Part shown: one piece after another, positions 30,114 to 40,098 of the stretch
Position numbering within the stretch: the stretch's first letter is position 1
How the letters are laid out: every line of letters begins with the position of its first letter
Source: an uncultured Gemmatimonadaceae bacterium
GTDB lineage: Bacteria > Gemmatimonadota > Gemmatimonadetes > Gemmatimonadales > Gemmatimonadaceae
Direction of reading: 5' to 3'
DNA length: 64,000 nt
Assembly (NCBI GenBank): GCA_963740355.1
Contig: CAVUDW010000001.1
Span: 96,001-160,000, forward strand
Position numbers and translations under genes: made by a program
Notes under the pieces: generated by a model
Seen by the model: only the letters and a program-made list of their open reading frames with translations
What the model was told of the DNA's origin: nothing
Database searches by the model: none

Positions 30114-30611
30114 ATGTACAGCCGCGCCCTGAATTGGTGTCTCCGTCTCCTCCTCGACCTGTATGGTGAGTTCGCGCGATTCGCCTGCGCCTCCGCCATA
30201 GTGACCTGGGTGAGCACAGGAGCCCTGATGCTATTGAGCCGAAGCGTGACAATACGGAGTGCGCTCTTCAGGGACCCCAACGTCTCGTGTGCCACGCTAA
30301 CGGACTTTGTGGAGGTTGGCCGCACGATAGCGTATACGCTGCCGGTGCAGTTCTTCGCCTTTATTCCTATTCTTGCGGCAGTTCGCGTGCTGCAGTGGCG
30401 TGGTGCTCCAGCAATGGTGACGCGAGCTGGCGCAGCGGTCTTCTGCGCCGTACTGGCGGGCGTTGTCGACTTTGTGCTGATTGCCGGCGTCTATGCCAAC
30501 GTGCATGAATTCGGGGCGCTGATCGGTATTACGGGCGCCGCCATGTACGGACATTCGCGACTCAGCCAGCCGCTCGCGCCGCTGCACCACGACTTACGGT
30601 TTGGAAAGTAG
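30114..30611 (+). CDS. Hypothetical small multi-pass membrane protein
   Basis: About four hydrophobic segments; start uncertain (ORF track starts at 30012). Confidence 0.45.
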   Translation: MYSRALNWCLRLLLDLYGEFARFACASAIVTWVSTGALMLLSRSVTIRSALFRDPNVSCATLTDFVEVGRTIAYTLPVQFFAFIPILAAVRVLQWRGAPAMVTRAGAAVFCAVLAGVVDFVLIAGVYANVHEFGALIGITGAAMYGHSRLSQPLAPLHHDLRFGK

Positions 30612-30675
30612 CGTAGCGGCAGCGTGGGGCACACCGTCGCGACCTGCCGAACTACTGGGGGCTGATCGTACGGCA

Positions 30676-31974
30676 TTAGTCGCGGCAGTCCTGGCGGTAT
30701 GCGAGACCAGTGTGGCGAAGCTCTGCCAGAACTGAGCGCGACGTTGCGAGCTGTACCGCCATTCGATCGACAACCGTCTCGCGTGGAAGGTCGAGCGCTT
30801 GGCTCACGCCAGCGACAACTAAGGTGACGCTGCGCGCCGTGCCGGCCAATAAAAGCGAGCGCGGCAGGGTTCGGCAGTGCAGCACCGCCACTCGGTATGC
30901 AGCACCCAAAATATCAACGTCCTGCGCACCGTCCGTGTGCGTTGCAAAGGACAGTGTGTCAAAACGGATATCCTCCGAAAGCGCCTTGGCAAGCCGACGC
31001 TTGGCTTCAGACGCCGACGGCGAGTTGCTGAGCTCGAAGACCGAACGGCCTTGGGAGCCACCAATTGCCCGCGCGAGCGCTTCCTGCACGAAGTACGGGT
31101 AGAGATACGGCGCCTCGCGGTCCCGCAATGAGTGCGTCAGCGCCACGTGAGTCAGCTCGTGCGACGAGAAGCCAGCGCCCCGTGGCGCCATAAAGCTCAC
31201 GCTCGGCAGTTGTGCGGCAGCCACGGTGAAATCTCCGTAGTACCCGTCGCGCCAGCGAACTGGGAAGTGCTGTACAAATGACGCCGCACTGACAAAGGCC
31301 ACGATGAATGCGGGGCGTTTCGCCCGGCCGCCTACTATGTCTTCGATTTGTCTTAAGGTATCCGCGAGCGCGCGCGGAAGGTCGCTCGAGACTCCTGTCT
31401 CTGTGACGTAATTGACGGTGTCGATCTGGACCAGCCTCAGGGCGGCATTCATGTCTTGAATGCCATGCGGATCGAGGGGGCTAGGGAGCACACCGACGGC
31501 GCCCAAGCGGAATACGCCAGCGGCACGGCCGTCGATCGAGGCGCAGACAAGCGCGTTGAGCGAGGCATCTGGACCGTGCGCGTCAGCATCACTCGCGGTC
31601 CCGTAGGAGAGCTCCGTCCCTGGCGACTGTGACTGCAGCCAATACGCGAACAGGATTCTGTCGATCGTTGCGGTCCCATCCTTCAAGGTTGCGGGAGCGC
31701 CAAGCGATTCGTGCAAGAGCCGCGTCAAACGAGACGCGACGCTGTCTGGAAGGCGGGTCCGTGGGGTGTTCGCAACATGCGCGCAGCTGTCACCCCCAGA
31801 CTGCGTCGGCAAAACTCTGGCTTGGGTCGCAGGGCTTCGTGCCATGCCCGTCTGCAAGCAACCGGTGACCACAAATGCGAGGGCGACGCGCAAACCTCCG
31901 TGAGATGGCCGGGCCCACATGACAGTTGCCCGCATCAGACGCACGATGCGAGGCGCGTTGAGAGTGCTGCGCAT
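30676..31974 (-). CDS. Hypothetical exported protein with gluzincin (clan MA-like) metallopeptidase motif
   Basis: SHELTHVAL (HExxH) followed about 20 aa later by PYFVQEALA; possible lipobox VTGC; start uncertain (up to 32088). Confidence 0.6.
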   Translation of the reverse strand: MRSTLNAPRIVRLMRATVMWARPSHGGLRVALAFVVTGCLQTGMARSPATQARVLPTQSGGDSCAHVANTPRTRLPDSVASRLTRLLHESLGAPATLKDGTATIDRILFAYWLQSQSPGTELSYGTASDADAHGPDASLNALVCASIDGRAAGVFRLGAVGVLPSPLDPHGIQDMNAALRLVQIDTVNYVTETGVSSDLPRALADTLRQIEDIVGGRAKRPAFIVAFVSAASFVQHFPVRWRDGYYGDFTVAAAQLPSVSFMAPRGAGFSSHELTHVALTHSLRDREAPYLYPYFVQEALARAIGGSQGRSVFELSNSPSASEAKRRLAKALSEDIRFDTLSFATHTDGAQDVDILGAAYRVAVLHCRTLPRSLLLAGTARSVTLVVAGVSQALDLPRETVVDRMAVQLATSRSVLAELRHTGLAYRQDCRD

Positions 31975-32191
31975 GTTTGAGGGGCGAATGCGGAGGAGGG
32001 TGATGCAAGCGCGTCGCGTACCGCAGTGCTGAAGTGTAACGCCGCCGACGCGCCGCCGAACCAGAAGCACCGAATCGCTCACAAGCACACCGCGACCGAC
32101 CAGGCATCGCGACGCCGCGTCGCGGGCTGGCGTCTCGCGTGCGTCGTGCGGGTCGACCCCGGTTGCGCGGCCACGGCGCGATCGGAAACAC

Positions 32192-32228
32192 GACGCCCCT
32201 GGAACCCGATTTGGATTTCGGGGGCGTC
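32192..32228 (-). terminator. Hairpin downstream of ssb
   Basis: GACGCCCC...GGGGCGTC stem followed by GTGTTT on the minus strand. Confidence 0.5.
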
Positions 32229-32254
32229 ACGCATCATGCAGTCCAGCTGGGGTT

Positions 32255-32767
32255 CTAGAACGGCAGATCGTCCTCTTCGTCCTCGAGCGCACCCGGGAAG
32301 TCGGAGAACTCGTCACCACCGCTCTTCGCAGCCGAGGCGGCCGGCTTGGACGCTGGTGCTGCGGTCCGCGCCGGACGGGCCGATGCGCCGGAGTACGAGC
32401 CACCCTCCGACTCGCCATCACCACGACCACCGAGCAGGATCAGCTCGCGCACGCGAATCTCCGTGGAGTACCGCGTCTGGCCTTCCTTGTCCTGCCACTG
32501 ACGGTATTCGATGGCGCCCTCGACATAAACCGGCTTGCCCTTCTTGCAGTACTGCTCGACCACGTCGGCCAGCTTCTGCGTCCCCTGGTTCCAGGCGATG
32601 CACTTATGCCATTCAGTCTTCTCCTGCTTGTTGCCCGACTGATCGTTCCAGGTACGGGACGTGGCAAGGGAGAAGCTGGCGACACGACCGCCGCCGGGGG
32701 TGGACCGAACCTCGGGATCATTCCCGAGATTCCCCATCAACATGACCTTGTTCAAGCTGCGTGACAT
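32255..32767 (-). CDS. ssb: Single-stranded DNA-binding protein
   Basis: SLNKVMLMGNLGNDPE, TEWH, acidic tail DDLPF. Confidence 0.98.
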   Translation of the reverse strand: MSRSLNKVMLMGNLGNDPEVRSTPGGGRVASFSLATSRTWNDQSGNKQEKTEWHKCIAWNQGTQKLADVVEQYCKKGKPVYVEGAIEYRQWQDKEGQTRYSTEIRVRELILLGGRGDGESEGGSYSGASARPARTAAPASKPAASAAKSGGDEFSDFPGALEDEEDDLPF

Positions 32768-32879
32768 CGGCTTCGTCTCCAGAATGGACGGTGGGGCTGG
32801 TGACTCGGCGCAAGCGACGCCGGTCGGAACGACGGTACAGTGGGAAGCCCCTGCGCCGTGCTCGAAATTAATGCAGGTG

Positions 32880-33353
32880 TCATCGTATTACTGCGGGCGC
32901 CGGTTCGGCGGTGCGTGATCGCCGCAGGACGAGGGCATCTTCGACCGGCGTACGATAGTACCCACGCCGTCGCCCGATCGGCTCGAACGCACGGCTGGCG
33001 TAGAGGCGACGCGCCGCCTCGTTGGAGACTCGAACTTCGAGCCAGACGGCTTCGCAGTCCTCTGCCTCGGCAGCCGCGACGGCGGCGTCGAGGAGGCGCC
33101 CGCCGAGTCCGGTACCCTGGAACGCTGGATCGACCGCGATGTTGGCGATCTCGCCCTGCTTCGCGACGATGCGCGCAATGACATAGCCGGCAATCGTGCC
33201 ATCCACCTCGATGACCCGAAACCAGCTGTATGGATCCTCGAATTCCGGTGCGAACGATTCCGGCGACCAGGGATCGGAAAAGACCAACCGCTCGATCCGC
33301 AGGACGTCCGGGAGGTCAGGCCCGCGTGCAATCCGCACCGTGATTTCACTCAC
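32880..33353 (-). CDS. rimI: Ribosomal-protein-alanine N-acetyltransferase
   Basis: NIAVDPAFQGTGLG, LEVRVSN..A..LY, RRGYY..PVEDA; GTG start overlaps the tsaB stop. Confidence 0.93.
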   Translation of the reverse strand: MSEITVRIARGPDLPDVLRIERLVFSDPWSPESFAPEFEDPYSWFRVIEVDGTIAGYVIARIVAKQGEIANIAVDPAFQGTGLGGRLLDAAVAAAEAEDCEAVWLEVRVSNEAARRLYASRAFEPIGRRRGYYRTPVEDALVLRRSRTAEPAPAVIR

Positions 33354-34009
33354 GACGTCGGCAACGCCCGCGCATGCGTCGCCTCCCACACGACCTGTGC
33401 TTCTGCCAGACGGCCGTAGTCGGGCTCCCACGAGTCGCGAGGGACCGTTGTGACGCCCACACGCAGTGCCGCGAGCGCGTCTGGTTGCTGCGCGATGTCG
33501 ATCGGTGGACCGACGAGCGTGGCACCGCTCGTTGCAGCGCGTTCGCGTGCCACGCTAGCGGCGATGCGCTCAACAGGTGCATCCACCGACCAACTCCCAT
33601 CCAAGTGCCGCGTGGACTGCTGGACGAACCATTCGCCGCGCAGCGCGTCGAGCACGGAGAGGTACACGCCGACGGGCGCTTCACGATTCGCCGCCGCGAT
33701 GAGTGGCAATGACGACACCGAAAACAACGAGGCGCCCGAGCCACGGGCGAGGCCCTTCCCCAGTGCCGCTGCGACGCGCAATCCGGTGAAACTTCCCGGG
33801 CCACCACCGACGATCACGTCGGTCAGGTCGCGCGCGAGATAGCCGGCCGCTAGCAGTATCTCTGCGACCGTCGGCGCCAATAGTTCGGCCGAGCCCTGAC
33901 GATCGATGCGACGCGATTGCACGAGCTCATCGCCCACAAAAAGCGCCACCGATGCGGGACCAGCGCTGGCGTCAATGGCCAGTCTGAGCGCGACCGTCAC
34001 GATGCCCAT
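33350..34009 (-). CDS. tsaB: t6A biosynthesis protein TsaB
   Basis: LAIDAS, GPGSFTGLRV, LDALRGE motifs. Confidence 0.93.
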   Translation of the reverse strand: MGIVTVALRLAIDASAGPASVALFVGDELVQSRRIDRQGSAELLAPTVAEILLAAGYLARDLTDVIVGGGPGSFTGLRVAAALGKGLARGSGASLFSVSSLPLIAAANREAPVGVYLSVLDALRGEWFVQQSTRHLDGSWSVDAPVERIAASVARERAATSGATLVGPPIDIAQQPDALAALRVGVTTVPRDSWEPDYGRLAEAQVVWEATHARALPTS

Positions 34010-34443
34010 TCCTCAGCGCAGCGCCGCACATCGGGATCGTCGGCGACATGCGACAGCGTGATGGCGAGTGTTGGCGCAGGCAACAGGTTTCCGGCACGGT
34101 CCGGCCACTCGACGAGCACGATGGTGTTCGGATCGGAGAGGATGTCGTCCAGCCCAAGCGTCGCTACCTCCCGCGGCGAATCGAGTCGATAGAGGTCGCA
34201 GTGCACAACACGCACGGTCGGCGTCGCGTACTCGTGAATCAACGCGAACGTCGGGCTGGTGACCGGTTCGGTGACGCCGAGTCCGCGGCAGATCGCTTGC
34301 GCCAGCGAGGTCTTGCCCGCTCCCAGGTCACCGATGAGGGTGACGAGTGCCGGCGCCGCGAGCGAAGCGGCGATCTCGAGGCCGCGTGCGTCGAGCTCGG
34401 CGCGCGAGACGTCGAACACGGCGTGACGCGTCTCAGCGGCCAC
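33997..34443 (-). CDS. tsaE: t6A biosynthesis ATPase TsaE
   Basis: [24 protein letters not shown] motifs. Confidence 0.95.
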   Translation of the reverse strand: MAAETRHAVFDVSRAELDARGLEIAASLAAPALVTLIGDLGAGKTSLAQAICRGLGVTEPVTSPTFALIHEYATPTVRVVHCDLYRLDSPREVATLGLDDILSDPNTIVLVEWPDRAGNLLPAPTLAITLSHVADDPDVRRCAEEWAS

Positions 34444-36563
34444 GCTGCTTCCGTCCGCCTCGCCCGCCCTTGCCACGACCACCCTTGCTGTCGGCGGCAA
34501 GCGACGACACACCGGTGCGCGCGCCTGCGGTGTCACCGGATCGCACACGCAATTCGAAGAGCTGGTCGCGCAGTCGTGCCGCCGCCTCGAAGTCGAGTTC
34601 CTTCGCGGCCACCTGCATCTCCTTCTCGAGCTGCGCAATCATCGCTGGCACATCGGCCGCATTGTAGCCGCCCGCTGGCTCAGCCACTTTCCGCTGGCCG
34701 TAGTCGGCCAGCGGCGTGCCGTCGCTCTCCTCTGCTTCTTCCATCCGCGCATCGGCAACGCGCGTGCTGAATCGCACCTGTTCGATGCTCTTGCGCACCC
34801 CCTTGGGTGTGATGCCATTGGCCAGATTGTGCGCCACCTGAATCGTCCGGCGACGATCGGTCTCATCGATGCAGCGCTGCATCGAGTCGGTGATGCGGTC
34901 GGCGTAGAGAATGGCACGACCTTCGAGATGGCGCGCCGCGCGGCCGACGGTCTGGATCAGCGATCGATCGCTGCGCAGGAACCCTTCCGTATCGGCGTCG
35001 AGGATCGCAACCAGCGAGACCTCCGGCATGTCGAGGCCTTCGCGCAACAGGTTGATGCCGATCAGCACATCGAACTCGCCAAGCCGCAGCCCGCGCACGA
35101 TTTCCATGCGTTCGATGGCATCGATGTCGGCGTGCATGTAGCGCACGCGCACTCCGACCTGCTGCAGATAGTCGGTGAGGTCCTCGGCCATTCGCTTGGT
35201 GAGCATCGTGACCAGGACACGTTCGTCCTTCCGCTCGCGAATGCGAATCTCGTGCAGCAGGTCGTCCACCTGCCCTCGGACCGGACGAATCTCGATGATC
35301 GGATCCACGAGGCCGGTGGGTCGAATCACCTGCTCGACGACCACACCTTCACTCAGTTCGAGCTCGATCAGGCCAGGCGTGGCCGAGACGTTGATCAATC
35401 GCGGCGTGAGCGCCAGGAACTCGTCGAACACCAGCGGCCGATTGTCGAGCGCACTCGGCAGGCGGAATCCGTACTCCACCAGCGTCAGCTTGCGCGCACG
35501 GTCGCCGTTGTACATGCCACGGATCTGCGGCAGCGTGACGTGCGACTCGTCCACCACGACGACGAAGTCGTCGGGGAAGTAGTCGAACAGGCAGGCGGGG
35601 CGGTCGCCGCTGTTGCGGCCGGAGAGATGACGGGAGTAGTTCTCGATGCCGGCGCAGGTGCCGATCTCGGGCATCATCTCGAGGTCGAAGTTCGTCCGCG
35701 ATTCGAGCCGCTGCGCCTCCAGCAGCTTGCCGTCGTTGCGCAGCATCTGCAGACGATCGGCCAGCTCCTCGCGGATCGCCTTGGCGGCCTTCTCGAGCGA
35801 GGGACGGCTTGTGATGAAGTGCTTCGCGGGATAGACGGCAGCTCGGCTGAGCGTGGCGATCAGGTCGCCCGTGATCGGATCGATCTTCGTGATCCGCTCG
35901 ACCTCGTCGCCCCAGAACTCGACACGGACCGCCTGTTCCTCGTACGCGGGAAAGATCTCGACCGTGTCGCCGCGGACCCGGAAGGTGCCGCGATCGAATG
36001 CGACGTCGTTGCGCTGGTACTGAATGCCCACCAGCAGGCGCAGCAGGTCGTCGCGGGCGATCTGCTGTCCCTGGTCCACGCTGATCATTCGTTCGCGATA
36101 CGAGACCGGGTCACCGAGACCGTAGATCGCCGAGACCGTGGACGACGATCACGACGTCGTCGCGCTCCATCAGCGACGAGGTCGCGCGCAGCCGCAGCCG
36201 ATCGATGTCCTCGTTGATCGAGGCGTCCTTCTCGATGTAGGTGTCGCTCGAGGGGACGTACGCCTCCGGCTGGTAGTAGTCGTAGTACGAGATGAAGTAC
36301 TCGACCGCGTTGTTCGGGAAGAACCCCTTCAACTCACCGTAGAGCTGCGCCGCGAGCGTCTTGTTGTGCGACAGGACCAGCGTCGGGCGGCCCCACTTCG
36401 CGATCACGTTGGCGACGGTCATCGTCTTGCCGGAGCCCGTGACGCCGAGGAGCGTCTGGTACCGGTCCCCGCGCTCGAGCCCCGCCGACAGCTCGGCGAT
36501 GGCTCGCGGCTGGTCGCCGGCCGGCTGGTACGGCGCCTGGAGGTCGAACAGCGATTCGCTCAT
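34433..36563 (-). CDS. uvrB: Excinuclease ABC subunit B, split by one frameshift near 36143
   Basis: GVTGSGKT and [10 protein letters not shown] in ORF 36111-36563; [19 protein letters not shown] and UVR domain in ORF 34433-36088. Removing one base restores [13 protein letters not shown]. Confidence 0.96.
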
Positions 36564-36640
36564 GGCCCAAATCTAGACTGTCGGGATTTGTTCGGGGAGC
36601 CCTTTTTCCAGCTCAGGCGCCGATTCGAGTCCGTGAAGAG

Positions 36641-36957
36641 CAACAGCAATGAGGGGGAGGCCACGGAGCTCACGGAGTGCTCAAGTGGCCTGACCCACGC
36701 TCAGCGCGACGTTAAGTCGAATGGGAAGCAAACCCTACCAGAGAGGGCCGCCAAGCGAGATGCCGGCTAGTGGAGCACTCCGTGAGCTCCGTGGCCTCCC
36801 CTCCATTGCGGTTACAAAGGCGCGCAAAGCCTGAAGCCGGCCCATGGCGCACTCCGTGAGCTCCGTGGCCTCCCCCCCCATTGCTGTTGAAAATGCGCGC
36901 AAAGCATGAAGATGGCCGATGGAGCACTCCGTAAGCTCCGTCGCCGCCCCCAGATGC
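36641..36957. repeat. REP/BIME-like cluster: four ~35-42 bp copies (one inverted, three direct with ~75 bp period)
   Basis: Core GAGCACTCCGTGAGCTCCGTGGCCTCCCC at about 36773, 36847 and 36922 (degenerate); reverse complement at 36641-36682. Confidence 0.88.
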
Positions 36958-36974
36958 CACAACGGCAGCGCCTG

Positions 36975-39164
36975 CTAGTCCTCGGTCGAAATCCGCTCCC
37001 GGCGAGCGATCTCGGAGATGCCCTTCACGCGACGGACCGCCTTCAGGATCTGCTGGAGGTGCTGCAGGTTCTCGACTTCGACCATGACGGCCCCGACCGC
37101 GCGACCGTCGATGGCCTTCAGCTCCATCTGGCGGATGTCGGTGCCGGTGGAGCTCACCGCGCTCGCGACGTCGGCGTAGAGGCCGCGTCGGTCCGTCCCT
37201 TCGAGCGCGAGGCGGACGATGAATCGCTCGCCGAACTTCTCCTGCCAGTCGATCTCGAGTCGGCGCTCCGGTTCGTGCGCCAGCGGCAGGAGGTTCGGGC
37301 AATCGGCTCGGTGAATGCTCACACCGCGGCCGCGGGTGACATAGCCGACCACTTCGTCACCCGGGACGGGCTGGCAACACTGGGCGTAGCGTACCATCAC
37401 CCCGTCGACGCCCTGGATCTTCACCCCGCGGTCGTTGTCGGTGCCACGCACCTTGTCGACCAGCCGCTCGATGACGCTCGGCTTCGGCGGCTCAGGTGAA
37501 TCATCCGCGGTCGGGAACAGTACCTTGATCACGTTCAACGTCTGGATCTCGCCCTGCCCGATCGCGGCCAGCACGTGCACTGCGTCGGTGAGGCCCAGCG
37601 ACTTCGCGACACCGTTCAGCGCATCGTCGGTAACCTTGCCGAGGCGACGACGACGCAGCTCCCGCTCGAGAATCTCGCGGCCCAGTTTCTGGCTGGTGAC
37701 CTGCTCTTCCTGTCGCAGGTGCTGCCGGATCTTCGCACGCGCGCGACTGGTGCGCACATGCGCCAGCCAATCGCGGCTCGGCTTGGCCGACGGCGACGTC
37801 AGGATCTCGATCGTTTCCGAATTCTTGAGCGGGCGAGAGAGCGGCGTGATGCGACCGTTGACCTTGGCGCCCTGGCAGCGCAAGCCGACTGCTGTGTGCA
37901 CCGCGAACGCGAAGTCGATCGGCGTCGCGCCCTTCGGCAACTGGACCACGTCGCCGGTGGGCGTGAAGACGAAGATCTCGTCCTGGTAGAGGTCGAGCTT
38001 GAGGAACTCGAGGAATTCATCCGGCGACTTGGTGTCGAGCTGAAACTCGAGCACCTGCCGGAACCACGCGAGGTGCCGATCGAGGTCGCCCTGCTCCTTC
38101 GAGCCCTCCTTGTACAGCCAGTGCGCCGCGATGCCGTAGTCGGCCGTCTGGTGCATCTCGCGCGTGCGGATCTGGATCTCGAACAGCTGGCGCCCCGGCC
38201 CGAACACCGTGGTGTGCAGCGACTGGTACCCGTTCGACTTCGGTTGCGCGATGTAGTCCTTGATGCGCTCCTGCACCGGCTTCCACTTCTCGTGGATCAC
38301 GCCCAGCGCGTGGTAGCAATCCGGGATCGAATCGACCAGCACGCGAATCGCGAGGAGATCGAAAATCTCCTCGTACGGCTTGTTGCGCTTCTGCATCTTC
38401 TTCCAGATCGACCAGAGGTGCTTCGGTCGTCCGGACACGTCGGCGTCGCGCAGCCCTGCCAGGTCGAAGCGCTCCTTGAGGGGCAGCGCCATCTGCGCGA
38501 TCAGTTCCTCGCGCTCGCCGCGGCGGGTGCTGACCTGGCGCGCGAGCGTCCGATACTCATCCGGCTCGAGGTACTTGAAGGCAAGATCCTCGAGTTCCCA
38601 TCGCACCTTCGCCATGCCGAAGCGGTGCGCCAGCGGTGCGTAGATGTCGCGGGTCTCCTGCGCAATCAGCCGCTTCTTGTCATCCGGCATCCAGTCGAGC
38701 GTCCGCATGTTGTGCAGGCGGTCGGCGAGCTTGATGATGATCACACGGGCGTCGCGCGCCACTGAGAGCAAGAGCTTGCGGTACGTCTCGGCCTGCCGCT
38801 CTTCCTTCGAGGTGAATGGCAGGTTGCCGATCTTCGTCAGGCCATCGACGATCTGCGCGATCTCGGGCCCGAACTCACGCTCGACATCGGGGACGGTGAT
38901 CGCTGTGTCCTCGACCACGTCATGAATCAGGCCCGCGGCAATCGTGGTCGAATCGAGCTGCAGATCGGCCAGGATGCGCGCCACCTGCACGCAGTGGACG
39001 ACGTAGTCCTCACCGGAGCGGCGCTTCTGTCCCGTGTGCGCACGCGCGCTGTAGCGGTACGCGCGCAGCAGCAATTCACGATCGAGCCGCGCCGGCAGTG
39101 GACTGCCGGGGCCCCATCCTGGAAAGACTTCGTCCGCTGCCTTCACCGTACCGTCGATAGCCAC
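36975..39164 (-). CDS. relA: Bifunctional (p)ppGpp synthetase/hydrolase, long RSH (Rel/SpoT)
   Basis: HD motif LIHDVVED, KLADRLHNMRT, RPKH, NGYQSLHT, EIQIRT; TGS, CC and ACT domains. Confidence 0.96.
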   Translation of the reverse strand: MAIDGTVKAADEVFPGWGPGSPLPARLDRELLLRAYRYSARAHTGQKRRSGEDYVVHCVQVARILADLQLDSTTIAAGLIHDVVEDTAITVPDVEREFGPEIAQIVDGLTKIGNLPFTSKEERQAETYRKLLLSVARDARVIIIKLADRLHNMRTLDWMPDDKKRLIAQETRDIYAPLAHRFGMAKVRWELEDLAFKYLEPDEYRTLARQVSTRRGEREELIAQMALPLKERFDLAGLRDADVSGRPKHLWSIWKKMQKRNKPYEEIFDLLAIRVLVDSIPDCYHALGVIHEKWKPVQERIKDYIAQPKSNGYQSLHTTVFGPGRQLFEIQIRTREMHQTADYGIAAHWLYKEGSKEQGDLDRHLAWFRQVLEFQLDTKSPDEFLEFLKLDLYQDEIFVFTPTGDVVQLPKGATPIDFAFAVHTAVGLRCQGAKVNGRITPLSRPLKNSETIEILTSPSAKPSRDWLAHVRTSRARAKIRQHLRQEEQVTSQKLGREILERELRRRRLGKVTDDALNGVAKSLGLTDAVHVLAAIGQGEIQTLNVIKVLFPTADDSPEPPKPSVIERLVDKVRGTDNDRGVKIQGVDGVMVRYAQCCQPVPGDEVVGYVTRGRGVSIHRADCPNLLPLAHEPERRLEIDWQEKFGERFIVRLALEGTDRRGLYADVASAVSSTGTDIRQMELKAIDGRAVGAVMVEVENLQHLQQILKAVRRVKGISEIARRERISTED

Positions 39165-39826
39165 CCAGCCTCCGCAAAGCTCACGTACCTGCCCCGGCCG
39201 ATCACGACGTGATCACGCACCGGAATTCCCAATAACGTTCCTGCTGCGACCAACTGCGACGTCACCATCCGATCCTCAGCCGACGGCGTCGGATCGCCAC
39301 TCGGGTGGTTGTGCACCAGGATGATCGACGCCGCCCGCTCCGCGATCGCCTCACGAAACACCTCCCGCGGATGCACCAGCGACGAATCGAGAATTCCCCG
39401 AGTCACCAGCACATCCCGCTCGAGATGATGTTGCGCGTCGAGGATCGCGACATGAAACTCCTCGACCGACAACGCCTCGAGATGCGGTGCAAATGCCGCC
39501 ACGACATCCTGCGGCGAGTGCACCGCCACCCGTTCACCATGCGGTTCTGCCGCCGTCCGCCGGCCCAATTCGAGCGCGGCCACAATCGCCATCGCCCGTG
39601 CAGGACCAACGCCTGTGATACCCCCAATCGTGGCAACCGGGCGGCTGGCGAGGACCCGTAACGACCCGCCGACCTGCGCCAGCACATCGTGCGCAATCGT
39701 GAGCGAAGACCGGCCTCGGTTCCCGCTGCCCAGGATCACGGCGAGCAGCTCCGCCGCGCCAAGTGACCGCACGCCAAGAGCCCGCAGCCGCTCCCGGGGA
39801 CGCTCGGCTGGTGCAAGCCGCTCCAT
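39143..39826 (-). CDS. radC: RadC/JAB-domain protein (UPF0758)
   Basis: ERPRERL, ELLAVIL, VHPREVF, HNHPSGDPTPS.ED, DHVVIG. Confidence 0.94.
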   Translation of the reverse strand: MERLAPAERPRERLRALGVRSLGAAELLAVILGSGNRGRSSLTIAHDVLAQVGGSLRVLASRPVATIGGITGVGPARAMAIVAALELGRRTAAEPHGERVAVHSPQDVVAAFAPHLEALSVEEFHVAILDAQHHLERDVLVTRGILDSSLVHPREVFREAIAERAASIILVHNHPSGDPTPSAEDRMVTSQLVAAGTLLGIPVRDHVVIGRGRYVSFAEAGWLSTVR

Positions 39827-40098
39827 TGGTATTAGCGGAGCCGGGATGTTTGCGGTAGTCGTGACCCGTGTGGAGGGAAGGCGGCGGTGGCTGACGGCGG
39901 ATGTCATATCGAGGTGGGTGAGGGGTGGAGAGCACTGCAACGCCGCCACAATGCAGCCACATGCCCGAAAGTCGGGTACCGATCCGATGCATCTCGTCCC
40001 CTCGCGGTGCGAGCCCATGCGCGGGTATCGTTGGTGGCCCGCGTGCGAACGGCCCTGTTCGGCCAACGTCGCTCCCTGACTCACCCTCATGCTCCGCC

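Noticed and set aside
36773..36957. Three direct repeats with regular spacing that look like a mini CRISPR array
   Set aside because: The spacers are homologous to each other, a fourth copy is inverted, and there are no cas genes or AT-rich leader. It fits a REP/BIME-like repeat better.
36712..36962. Short ORFs encoding repeated GEATELTECS peptides (possible RiPP precursor)
   Set aside because: The same peptide appears on both strands because the DNA repeat is inverted, and no modifying enzymes are adjacent.
39143..39826. radC as a marker of a mobile or anti-restriction element
   Set aside because: It is the long chromosomal form with the N-terminal helical region, overlaps rel, and has no mobile genes nearby.
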